A DNA stretch of 63,955 nt, counting the filler, from Barthelona sp. PAP020 (lineage: Eukaryota), in NCBI GenBank assembly GCA_040182905.1. It is 4 parts of 4 records of this genome, joined end to end, with 100 filler letters (N's around TTAATTAATTAA, not from the genome) between each part and the next. Parts side by side here need not be neighbours in the genome. Positions count along the whole stretch, not along the records: positions 34,312 to 51,261 come from JARQWU010000252.1; positions 51,362 to 63,955 come from JARQWU010000341.1; 2 more parts are not named here. One strand, written 5' to 3'. Within the stretch, counting starts at the first letter, position 1; each line of letters opens with the position of its first letter. Shown here in pieces: positions 44,101 through 51,901 of the stretch. Under the pieces are notes generated by a model. The model saw nothing but the letters and a program-made list of their open reading frames with translations. It was not told the DNA's origin and searched no databases. The position numbers and the translations under genes are program-made.

Positions 44101-46118
44101 AAACCATCAAACATATTGGCGAAATCAAATATTGTATCCTGTAAATTATTGAAAAATATTTGAAAATTTTCTTCCAAAATAAATTCTTTATTATCATTGT
44201 TTAAAATGATGTTTATTTGAAATTTTGTATCTTCAAACATATATCTTTCTATCAAATCTAAAAACCTTGCTATAATCTCCACAATAAATCTTTTCTTTCG
44301 TAAATTAATCAATCGTAAAATAATACAGATTTGTTCTTCATCATAATTATCATATTCTTCTAAAAATGAAGGTAAAAGATAACCAATAGTCTTATCAACA
44401 CTTTCAAATAGAACTTCATTGTACTCAACTCTTATACACTTTTGTATATAATGAAATAATGCATATAAACCATTTCTGAACTCTTGATAATACAAATGTT
44501 TACGTTTACCATTGATAACATTCAATTCAAAACTTTCAAAATATTCCAAAACTTTATATTCATATAATCCAATTCGTTCATATAACTTCATGAAATTAGG
44601 TTGAAATATCAAAAACTTTTTCAACTTTTTGCAAATTTTTAAACATTGATTTTTCGAGGGATTCAAATTATTAGATTCTCTTCTCTTTACAAAAGAATCT
44701 AACGGTGGTCTTGGTATCAATTTTTGCAATTCTTTTGACATTTCATCGTAATGATAAAATATGTTAATTTCATGTTGGTTTCGACCAAATTCATCTTGAA
44801 TTTCAGTAATTAATTTTTTTCCCAATTTTCGAATTAATTCATCCCTACGAGTTCTAGGCACTTGATTCTTAGGTGGAGTATCCGCTAAAAATTCCTCCAA
44901 ATTGTTCAAACATTGCGAAAACTTATAAACATATTCATCCTTGTTAGAATTACCAACATTGACCTTTTCTATGATCCTTTTTAATATTTCCACAGGTAAT
45001 TCAACAGGTAATTCTTTATTCAAATGGTTATAAAAATTATTGATTCTAAGCCTTTCTTCATAAGTCTTTTGTCTTAATTTCGCTCGATTCTGACGTTGTT
45101 GAAGATACTCTTCGGTTTCATCAGCAAACAATATACAAAACCTGGACACATGTTTAACACTTTTATCTTCAGGGTTCTCAATAATAAACCTTTTTTCAAA
45201 GGTATTGAAACTCTTAACAATACAACTAATCCATTCAAAGCCTTTATCAACTTCAACAATCCATTTGGTTTTTGCTACCTGTGAAATCCCTTTTCTAACT
45301 GATTTTTCACACTCTTTCATTTCTTCACAATCATCAAAGAAGTCAATATCTGTAACACTTTTAACTTCCTCTGTAATGTTCTGATCATATTGTTGTTTTC
45401 GTTGAAAGGATGTAACAGAGTCAGTAGATAATTGTAAAGGTGGTGGTGGTGGTTGAAAGGCCTTTGTATAGGTATTGGCATTTCTAATAAGATGAGTTCT
45501 GGAGCTTTCCAACTTCCTACGCGATAATGAATTCAATGTAGATTCAATATTTGCAGTACGCTCAGCAAAATCATTCGCAATTACTTGAATGTCAGCAGAA
45601 CATTGAGAATCCTTAATAAATGTATTTAATACGGAATCAGTATACATCTTGCGAACAGTTTTCAACTCTTCAAACGTTTCTGTTGAACTCAAAGATAATG
45701 GTGGAACGATTTTGCTCTTGTATTGATTATCTGAACTTTTCTTCATTTCACGAGTACTTTCAAACGTATCATTTAAAAAACGTTTAGGTACACGATATCC
45801 ATCATCATATATTACGTCATTTGTTGTGATTTTTGATTGAGCACCGGTATGAGTAATCAAACGAACTTTGGGTAAAGGAGGAGTATTAGGCTTAATAGAT
45901 TTATTAAATATTGAATCAGGAATCATTATATCAGGTGTATTAGTTATATCTCTTGAATACTTTTGAATTTTTTGTGATAATCTTGCAGATAAACCTTCAC
46001 TCATTTCACTTTGTACACTTTTCAATTCAGCCAATCGTAATTGTTTTTCAATTGCTCGATCAAATTTATTTGTGTTTGATCCATAATTTTTCTCTTTAAA
46101 TGATTTTCTACCGTTCAT
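35118..46118 (-). CDS. Highly divergent axonemal dynein heavy chain-like protein (DNAH1-type tail), P-loops lost
   Basis: DNAH1-like N-terminus (FEWISCIV...VSRFCILFADE...RQNRAKLRQ), DHC_N2 motif NPGIKLRHW, AAA3-like LVIIVDDMN, stalk coiled coils, and C-terminal PSVINVALLFDPVSFFQTL and IYVSGI. Confidence 0.8.
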   Translation of the reverse strand: MNGRKSFKEKNYGSNTNKFDRAIEKQLRLAELKSVQSEMSEGLSARLSQKIQKYSRDITNTPDIMIPDSIFNKSIKPNTPPLPKVRLITHTGAQSKITTNDVIYDDGYRVPKRFLNDTFESTREMKKSSDNQYKSKIVPPLSLSSTETFEELKTVRKMYTDSVLNTFIKDSQCSADIQVIANDFAERTANIESTLNSLSRRKLESSRTHLIRNANTYTKAFQPPPPPLQLSTDSVTSFQRKQQYDQNITEEVKSVTDIDFFDDCEEMKECEKSVRKGISQVAKTKWIVEVDKGFEWISCIVKSFNTFEKRFIIENPEDKSVKHVSRFCILFADETEEYLQQRQNRAKLRQKTYEERLRINNFYNHLNKELPVELPVEILKRIIEKVNVGNSNKDEYVYKFSQCLNNLEEFLADTPPKNQVPRTRRDELIRKLGKKLITEIQDEFGRNQHEINIFYHYDEMSKELQKLIPRPPLDSFVKRRESNNLNPSKNQCLKICKKLKKFLIFQPNFMKLYERIGLYEYKVLEYFESFELNVINGKRKHLYYQEFRNGLYALFHYIQKCIRVEYNEVLFESVDKTIGYLLPSFLEEYDNYDEEQICIILRLINLRKKRFIVEIIARFLDLIERYMFEDTKFQINIILNNDNKEFILEENFQIFFNNLQDTIFDFANMFDGLMNFKEYLQKHEYLPYKKLTSINLVNDFNSSISPLIRSSLADINNHLKKKFEKIENLKNEILQNFKFKSLNNEMRQNLDDIFIEKSYLLLNECLKNIKPRNHQLFEETHYEIDNFMINFNIALAKVTEIENETISNIFIFVHKTAYKIIIELSQKLDEIIDFIKNIPDSPEKVYIRSSFLSNIDVRKFEEEFYFIWKLYCLMFEYGYESDEKQLIYFAETLKKPKILKSLIQDTYFIVENRRRQFIHSFDAKIVEIRTQIEDLKYSLADFDKFDLTNDLTLLEQNVMIVEKHQKKLNEIIEAIDVLNADETYLGKDTTQFLLEKPKTIINKQLKQWTVILKFKKFQEFLTYGTFIKIIYKDTERRLLKEFPTEFIEIFDLKYQKQIQNEYQILLEYLPILKVFRNPGIKLRHWKSLEILLEYPNLKQSIESNNLHYILEHVNIDLAELNVFAEEIDEEYGLQILFDSLIKELYSLRVDTYYIKEDKFLFIKDLNIDEIIIKINKQINILRNDLMKKKKLLEIFNNNLNLHNEKLLNLLKIFKLLKKFQFSILIFIDLFLNLQNLDIIERYTLWLTDLFKIDTRVINFILKPKQIEILNGLYKQFQQIIERFEPPRIFTDIILTKEERIFLLAKKMKLTESELRYPDLDLQRYIYRLTQNQFTVIDNHLVTKNNLILLKDLSNNFFQLEKVLLNSCNVLISRTLKQYDDVNFFSWIAGNHPSTVVIAIFSHFSEILSMNRDLGISKINNLIEKISNVLKQNKDIDLTKLSTFGDLCLKKMEVLNQLSNIKTSLYNVLICLNYLKDFVKLPKIFAKDAMNVYTTHLDKIFHHKILGGIFTFIPIGFSFEKLLNFLIVNFDEKDNSPLNICIHLEDLWIMKKYLKIFGLIFSKFVLFIKSEQKFEKINNSLIIRLIDVSQKDIFFDNLSQQNPTFKNYNGILINLCYNSKNPTSSKFCFDEPQSQHQSQLEHKFSCLKLGSLANEFEVSMTKAFEMIGYEVDVEKILNTAKLLSAHIFSKNTVYYGQNMVLQVFEECLHDNSIDPNKKLAGIIETTFNFNLTREQRGLLSLALNHLNAQTGGNRSQDKLFKRIYKKIFDTSIRGDASRIVSQLDYFVDLLRFNKMGCLCGSTLNELEKFIELLVESLNEMEPIDDRYLGHVISHVFPGSDDTLSVKYICEQILDLQPSSSTHFIILLEPNDRFVNEFFVEEFIQSTRLNNCYLIVFAENLSDVPYHIGCYASTILMPTELTPLSFVKKHFVYKLRKTIYQQILKLLAESSPQLFSKTSFRDPLHPLLICCKLLEVLLKRLAKSEFGAVMELDAAEQVNIDVQKSILSIVHFCICWSYSLLDPIERNKMESCVSSLIQQHFPHFSSPLHNVFHCVPYFDENGVHWKEPEPIQKVQGEELPYWIFFKEIHVAKYVLRALIRENFIPVLMNQRYLENVIGTNYFIKHINDTKDLDCLDVIYSDKLGSASVGDKLVIIVDDMNKLNLLETISTGLIFRNKELFHIDEVHFAICADNLTKIVENNLVNFVPFIPNLFDSFDDLVFPLPMSISIPVTDLTKSNDSTISTISTISSMSTNISLNIDNFYLTESTSNIEKFGQYTNELLMKILDRCNLSTQNFNHLNKLLIVAFKLMNLQQIELGDELLIFTMLMSILLGYSSLDNDLNREFVMLHNKYSIDKPISSIHEQFLTVRNGYWKLIDLNSINDENINISLFNSIYDIHKQIPNNVIQVHITDQDFILTALEENATNKSFVPIFCHSIEEIVQTIYDNIYKNLHCLLVIKEYSFLEDPLKYLLPAFYGTDMTKQHLKKLLLNQFKFLLLSCESFEISQMFDLSNIYFDNSFDIPSIFNSLYKNYREKFIENSVAISVEVLKERSIRVLSKIQDISRITFNYNDIVGFFSKLFQSLILYTSNQDSYISKTNRDLDTYRKMQERKVNLREEAENILTKRTKIQLSIKDLDKEISAVLSEIQRDETQLLTEIEENGYEKKLFNFSIVVTHSLKEILASKHLEALNVEAKEFLCVAVHCSFEEILQATFDPFQLDLNLQGIAIEPLSRGSGKKLAPKFIEFMNNCLQFVELLNGRKKFEDRQLMINNRREIAQKRVEEVNVLKQQVIAMKLKNKMYLNGSSICGNLINLLATSNQHLIDYSLNLLSNDDIMQLSLYNTFMNTLALKIPLLTQNQISSSIFQSKVKLLPPHHLLDELADNEIIHCSCKTHLFNYICNLPIFSVAIGSVRALEMILLEHYNDFLLIDSLDMLNNEDFIARQHSGNIIVISLGISAKDMDLNLLHRIIDLERNHEHEVRLSKTPMATIIFHIPIGYNDDLLENISRFSTIFSNLVVYELCETSDLLAYCYKIQKEVTGENVFQTRRKIISTLKAKRKELFETKNHIFDTLHSYLYSNVEIDYVELNTVIRGFFNRVNENKTEIEKNMSNLINYNKKMLTRTHEANNRIVYSYFNEILNEIKPKWKDSFNSPTITQLMGSNNPYLQRIFHLIFSLSEHELTLPNICLLLNLPNHYCTQCKDLINTIIVDEKNETKQKEKFKMFVHNLFGKGAEKFESCQRLSKNNVEDIPAIFAVVFDMLDYEEEDIIDYTLNLKNFAKISHIQSEKLLNNYVQPAKFSNIAIDLLKMVKNMTNVEIEEPFFRKATACAIFIAFTEIYCILHSIEIPRYDFIHICKSSEPYNYLYGAIIGKMDVMDQQILDNLLKSLFYSDIIEKNKISFFNLLRLENTHLNMNSISFDHDLNMFPLIIELEKAQSFKLKNINHREILIQTFNKHFKKPIKEESSSTSVQQTRPLSLVRPSRIESSKLSFRNILFFYFLLEKKLFDNSSMDIKRSQYLEYWWNFYLEYNRIPSVINVALLFDPVSFFQTLKIHFSCKKFLLIPCEVNFTDDNDPFLDSSENIYVSGILAYNFNIQEKTYVYTPTEVNILPILQIIPVDDDTLLDTTNILSFDFENGSKISHFIELRVENVVFSTNIPFIVLKDIHAN
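39379..39407 (+). repeat. In-frame 9-bp tandem repeat (GAGATGGTT)x3 encoding STISTISTIS
   Basis: Directly visible inside the dynein-like ORF. Confidence 0.9.
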
Positions 46119-46361
46119 TTGATATTAAAATTGTTTAAAAGGTATATATAAATAAAAATAATAATTCGTATTGTTATATTATGAAAGATATAACATAAAA
46201 ACTTGAAAGATTGTTTTAAAACTGTTTTTATTCAATACTTTTTTTTTCACTCTTTATTGACCTTTAACTTAATTGACCAATTATATTTTTATTAAAAATA
46301 TGTGATTTATCATACAATTATCATTAAACAATAAAAAAATAAAATTTTAATAAATTTTTTG

Positions 46362-47027
46362 ATGAATACTTTCGATTCCATTGTTACAAAATTAAGCAAC
46401 AAAGAACGATTGAATTCAAAAAAATCAATTCCATTGGCTTTTTTATTTTTTCTATTAAAACCAAATGAATTTCTTGAATATTTCAAAAAGAATGAAGATT
46501 ATTTAAGTTTTGTTATTCATAGTTTATTAAATCAAAGTAAACATCAAGAATTTATCAAAGAATTAGTCATTTTTAATTATTTAGATATCGACAACCCCAA
46601 TTTTTCCAGTTCCACCAATGATTTTTTGTTTTTATTGCAACCTGCTTTTCAACATGTTTTGGTTGAATGTTTAATCATTTCCTTACTTTCAGTAGAAGAA
46701 TTCAAGAATGAAATAATTGTGAAATTGTATCTTGAATATTTGTCCTTGATGTTTGCAAACAAAGAGCCCAATATAATTCCTTCCAATTATTTAATGAAAG
46801 AGCTTCCCTTTACATTTGAAATTCAAAAAAATCTTCTTTTTTGCAGTATCTATCCTTCAATAATTAAATTTGTTCTTGAATCAATGCTTATTATCAACGA
46901 TAAACCTTTTGTAAACATGATACATATCTTGTTAGCTGAAATCATTGAATTTGACAAAAAATATGGTGATTACGTTTCCAGGGGCATCATAATGGATTTG
47001 GTAGAGTGTTTAAACACTGAAGAATAA
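46362..47027 (+). CDS. Hypothetical helical protein
   Basis: About 221-aa ORF from ATG 46362, divergent from the dynein-like gene. Confidence 0.55.
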   Translation: MNTFDSIVTKLSNKERLNSKKSIPLAFLFFLLKPNEFLEYFKKNEDYLSFVIHSLLNQSKHQEFIKELVIFNYLDIDNPNFSSSTNDFLFLLQPAFQHVLVECLIISLLSVEEFKNEIIVKLYLEYLSLMFANKEPNIIPSNYLMKELPFTFEIQKNLLFCSIYPSIIKFVLESMLIINDKPFVNMIHILLAEIIEFDKKYGDYVSRGIIMDLVECLNTEE

Positions 47028-47410
47028 ATTGTTTCTGTGTCATGGATGAATATCATTTGGTATCGTTTATTTTTATTTGTTCTTTGTGTGCGAACTATAT
47101 TTAAGTCGATGGCGTAATAAAGAGTATCAAAAATAGAATATTACTACATAATGTTGATTCAAAAGTTAAATTTTCTTTATGTAGATTATTCTCTTGATTT
47201 CTAAGAAAAATTTAGCAGTATAAGTAAGTTTTATGGACACAGTTGTTCATAATAATGCATATTTTATTGATACTCAGCATTGATAGCATAGTCAAATTAG
47301 TATCAGTCTAAAAATGCCTAAATTTTGCAGAATGGACTCCAATTACAAAATTGATCCGGTTGAGCTTTTTTTTTTTTTGCATTGAACTTCATTTTTATTG
47401 TTTGTTTCAT

Positions 47411-48405
47411 ATGCCTTCTGAGTTAGCAAACGAATTAGCAAGGAAAACTATTCGTGATATGCTGCTTTTGAAAATTGATGAAAGTTTTATTGATGAAATT
47501 CAAAATGTTTTTTTGGTAATGTTTATGACTGTAAATATTCCCCAGACTGTAAATATTTAGCAATTAGCAGCATTTGTGGTGTTACATCTTCTCCAAATGG
47601 ACAAAAGTTTGCCATTTGTTCCTGAGATTGCTCAATTAATCTATGTAACCTTCCAGATTTCACCATCTTGTGTAGTGTAGTTTAAGCAATGATGCCATTG
47701 TTTGTGGAATTTGTTTCTTTTTTTGTTTCAATTATATATATTCAGGTTCTTTTAATGTAATAATTAAAAAATTGGACACAAACACCGGTAATATTGTCTT
47801 AAAAGCTGGAATATATTGCGATTCTGTTTTAAAAACTGTTTTGAGAGTTAAGTTTTCCTTTATGGTAAATATTTTTTGGTTGCTAGCAACAATATGACTG
47901 TTAAATTGGTACACTCTGAAGATTTTTCTGTTATTCATACATTCAATCATAATGGGTATGTTAGAGCAATTGATTTTCATCCAACTGGGAGAATAGTTGC
48001 TGTTGGTGGTAAATCAACCGGACAATGGATGATGGTTCGCTTCTTCATACATTATATTTGAATGGTGAAGTTGAGTGTCTTCGCTTTGCTACATGTGATA
48101 TCCTGCTTGTTATGTCTGGTAATGGGGATTTTACTTGGTATGATGTGCATAACTTTGAGGAAATTTAAAAGGTACATTGTGGATGTGTTGATGAATATTT
48201 TTCCTTCACCATGTCCTCTGATACAAGACAGATAGCGTGTGTGGGATGTTGAAATGATTCCATTAAAGTTTTTTCAACGGTAGAATATGACACCTCACAT
48301 CAATTGGAACTCATTGAATTGTCAAAGAACGGTGGCTATGTGTTGTCGAATCTCATCACTACTCTGAACTTTAATACTCAAATCATCAGACATTTGGTTA
48401 TGTTT
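47411..48405 (+). pseudogene. Decayed WD40-repeat gene
   Basis: WD40 fragments VTSSPNGQKFAICS*DCSI, HTFNHNGYVRAIDFHPTGRIVAVGG, LNGEVECLRFA...FTWYDV, FTMSSDTRQIAC. In-frame stops at 47623-25, 48166-68 and 48250-52, plus frameshifts. Confidence 0.75.
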
Positions 48406-48991
48406 TTTTGTTGCAGGGAATAAACACATTAATAAGATCATTTATAATTACTGTTTACAGAGAATTCGATAGTTGGGAAATTTTCACTGAGAACGCTTCT
48501 ATGTGTGTGCTATAAGATTGTGTTATTCTGTGTGGTTGTATTTCTTCATAAAGTAGTGTTCTTTGTATTGATTTTTCGGGTTTCCTTTATTCATAACATT
48601 TTTGAAAACTATCAACCATATTTTCATCCGTCATGACATCGCAAACAAATACATTTAAATACATAATTTCATAAACTTTGAATTTTGCTGAAAAACCTTC
48701 AATGTAAAACAATCTTTTTTTGCAACCCAATTAGAAAGGAAAGAATCAAAAAAAAATGATATCACAGCAGTAAGTCAAATATTTAGCGTAAATAGATAAA
48801 AATTTTATTTTATTTTTCAGGCAAAGACAATTGGTTCAAACCTAAACATTTTTTTTACTTTTTTAATAATATATTGAAAAAACATTTAGACTTTGTATAT
48901 TTAAACATATGATTAATAATTTAAAAGATAAAAGAAAATCCTAAAAGCTAAAAGTGAACAACAATATTTCTTTATTTTATTTTTTACCAAG

Positions 48992-50332
48992 ATGAGTTAT
49001 TATTTGACAAACAAGATTAACACATCAAATGTACAGAAAACTAACGATTTATTTAAATTGTATGAGACAACAAAAAAGAATAGCAATACTATTGATATTA
49101 TTGAAGAATATATAAGATGTTTTTGTGATTTAAATATTGATATCAAACATATATGTGTTTCAAATCAAATTTCTTGTGAAGTATTTTATCTTAATGATCT
49201 TTCAGAAGATATAAAGAAAGGAGTTGAAGAAAAACTTATCAATATTAATTTTCAACCTTTTTCAATTTTTTGTGAGCCAGAATTACCTTCAAAATCTTTG
49301 TACTTAAGTGAAAAAGATGGAATTTTCTTTTTATTAGTTGTTGGTTCTCCATCAATGGAATTGTTCTGCAAAAATATTAAAGTTGTTCAAAATAATTCGA
49401 AACTTTTGAAAGTTTCCGAACTTTTAATGGATATTGTTGAAAAGTTTGGACTTCTTAAATTTTCCTTTTTCCCTATTAACGTTTCTCTGTTTGTTTTTCA
49501 ACTCTACATATATTTTCTGAAGAATCGAGGATGGGTTGATTTTGACAAAGATTTGATTGATTATTCTACTGTTGATAGGAATGGTGTTGTTACCTTATTT
49601 CTGTTGGAAATGCTTCAATTCACCGTCAATCAAACTAAGAAGAGGTGTTATGATTCATGTTCAATGATTGCTGTATCATGTCAAAAGGGTTGCATATCTC
49701 TACCAGTTGAAGCAGAAGATGAAAGAATATTGATAGCAGCATTCATTCAGTCTGCTGAAGAAAGCACCCGTTTATTATCATTGTTGATTACTGGAGCCAC
49801 TCCTGAAGTGTTCTTTAATGAAGTTTCATCAGGAAATCAAACAAACATGGAAGAAAATCAGAGTATGTCTATTTTAAGACCGGTTATTAGGAAATCTGTG
49901 ATTCCTGATAGTTTTAACAATAAAATAAAACCAAGTTCTCATGTAAGTATTGATTATTCCAAACAGAATAGTTTGGATCAAGATAAGGTAGATATTATTG
50001 TTGATAATCCTGTTGATAGTGTTGATATTGAAACTGGAGATGTTTTTTCTTCTCAAACAAATAAAACTGAGAAAACAACAAGATACGATCATTTGGAAGG
50101 TTTGGTTGCCAACATGCAAAAAATGAAAAAAGTTGAAGATACCGAAATCCATCCAAACAAAAGAAAAAATCCAAAAGCACATCCCAATGAAAGACCAAGA
50201 CAAGAAACTTCAAATGAACTGAAAGTTGGTCAATTCAAAAGTGGCAAGAACATCAGGATAATAAAAAAGAAACGTGATGATTCCAATTCTCAAAATTCAG
50301 GCATTCCTTTGAAACCTTTTCGTAAACAATAA
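48992..50332 (+). CDS. Hypothetical protein, weak resemblance to a terminal nucleotidyltransferase PAP-associated region
   Basis: 446-aa ORF; NNSKLLK...FQLYIYFLK...LFLLEMLQF segments and a basic disordered C-terminus. Confidence 0.55.
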   Translation: MSYYLTNKINTSNVQKTNDLFKLYETTKKNSNTIDIIEEYIRCFCDLNIDIKHICVSNQISCEVFYLNDLSEDIKKGVEEKLININFQPFSIFCEPELPSKSLYLSEKDGIFFLLVVGSPSMELFCKNIKVVQNNSKLLKVSELLMDIVEKFGLLKFSFFPINVSLFVFQLYIYFLKNRGWVDFDKDLIDYSTVDRNGVVTLFLLEMLQFTVNQTKKRCYDSCSMIAVSCQKGCISLPVEAEDERILIAAFIQSAEESTRLLSLLITGATPEVFFNEVSSGNQTNMEENQSMSILRPVIRKSVIPDSFNNKIKPSSHVSIDYSKQNSLDQDKVDIIVDNPVDSVDIETGDVFSSQTNKTEKTTRYDHLEGLVANMQKMKKVEDTEIHPNKRKNPKAHPNERPRQETSNELKVGQFKSGKNIRIIKKKRDDSNSQNSGIPLKPFRKQ

Positions 50333-50941
50333 TTGTATGTTTTGTTTATTTATTTTTTTATTGATAGACTTTTTCCAAAAACAACATCATGTTTTTATAG
50401 CTTAAATAAAAAGTGATAAATGCATGGGTTTATAAGAAGAAAGAAAAGCAGAAATTTGTGTTCTTTTCTTTTCCATGAGGTTTCTCTATTCTATTTTTTC
50501 TTGGTGCCAAAAGTTTTTCAAAACGTAAAGTATTAGTTGACTTACACAAGAGCATTCCGAGATTACCCTTCACTTAGTATCTAATAGTTATCCCAATTTC
50601 ATGGCTTATTGAATAAAAGAATTAAGATCAGAAGGGTAAGATTCCTAAATAAAAACACTGAATAAATACTCAAAGTTTCCGACACAAAATTTTAGCCATC
50701 AACTACGAAGAATTTTCCAGTAATCTTTCACAAGTTTGAATATCATATTTTGAAGAAATTCATCAAAACCGATATTTATTAACAATACAGAGTCAGAAAA
50801 GTGAATTCTCTCTTTTTATTTATTAGGGGCAATAAGTTCACAAACTAAAATCAGACCAAGAATTAACACCCAAACTAACCAACTTCTCCTCCAATAATCT
50901 TTATAAAAGCTTTTATGATCATTTTCAGTTGTGAAGATGTG

Positions 50942-51143
50942 AATTTTTGAGTTGGCACAGCAAAATTTTCAAAATCTGAACATATCCAACTCGTACAGAT
51001 TTCAATACTTGTACGGAAGGAAAGTAACAGTTTACACCAGATCTCCATCAAAGTGGAAGGGAAATTTGGCAAGTCGTAAAGGAAAGAAATATCTTCAAAA
51101 GGTTTCAAAAGTTTTCAAAAGGTTTTCAAAAGTTTCAATTTAT
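50942..51143 (+). repeat. Dispersed repeat R1, copy b
   Basis: Matches 16658-16847; four imperfect TTCAAAAG(G)TT units at its end. Confidence 0.92.
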
Positions 51144-51226
51144 GTGTTCGTAGCAAAGCGGACGGATTTCACCCAAAAGACAAAATAAACATGTTCTAGG
51201 TTCTATTCTTGCACTTCTGATTGTTA
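51144..51226 (+). repeat. Dispersed repeat R2, copy b, directly after R1
   Basis: Matches 15866-15946. Confidence 0.85.
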
Positions 51227-51261
51227 AATATGATCCAATACATATACAATGATTTATAATA

Positions 51262-51361
51262 NNNNNNNNNNNNNNNNNNNNNNNNNNNNNNNNNNNNNNN
51301 NNNNNTTAATTAATTAANNNNNNNNNNNNNNNNNNNNNNNNNNNNNNNNNNNNNNNNNNNN
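51262..51361. other. Artificial contig-joining spacer
   Basis: 44 N + TTAATTAATTAA + 44 N. Confidence 0.97.
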
Positions 51362-51363
51362 CA

Positions 51364-51505
51364 AAATTCTCCTACTTGATCGTTCCAATTACATTTCAGT
51401 CCCTCAATTCCCCTCCTGGGATTTTGACTGAAATTTGCTAGAATGAGTTTTCTGAGTTTATTTTCTTTGTAAATAAATATAGTTGTTTGACAACTGGACC
51501 AATTT
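51364..51505 (+). repeat. Dispersed repeat R3, copy at contig start
   Basis: Reverse complement of 24854-24995; 3' half matches 17252-17317. Confidence 0.9.
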
Positions 51506-51901
51506 GTTTTTTTTCTGAAAAGAAGAAACTCTCAACTCTTGATCAAATTGAAAAATTAGGATCAAACTAATCAACAAACTTACATCACAAAACAAATTCA
51601 ATTTTGATGATTCATTTGATTTGATTATCCACATCTGAATTCTAGATGTGATTTAATATTCAATGAATTTTTTTCTTTTTCCATAAAACTTTTACTCACA
51701 AAAGTAAAACAAAAAAAATCAAAGGAGATTTTACAAAGTAAGAATATGGACGAAAATGTGTCTACATCATCAAAGTAGTTCTCCAAATTGGTGAAAACAA
51801 CTATGCTCAGCTACAAATTTAAAAATTATTGTTATCTCTCGATTTAAGGCAACTGTTTACTGGAATAATGTTCAAGTAAAATATTTTTGAAAAGAAATTG
51901 G

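Noticed and set aside
50875..51188. Short ORFs 50875-51108(-) and 50952-51188(+) as genes
   Set aside because: They lie in repeat R1, and the other copy has a 1-nt indel that breaks the frame. At most a decayed element remnant.
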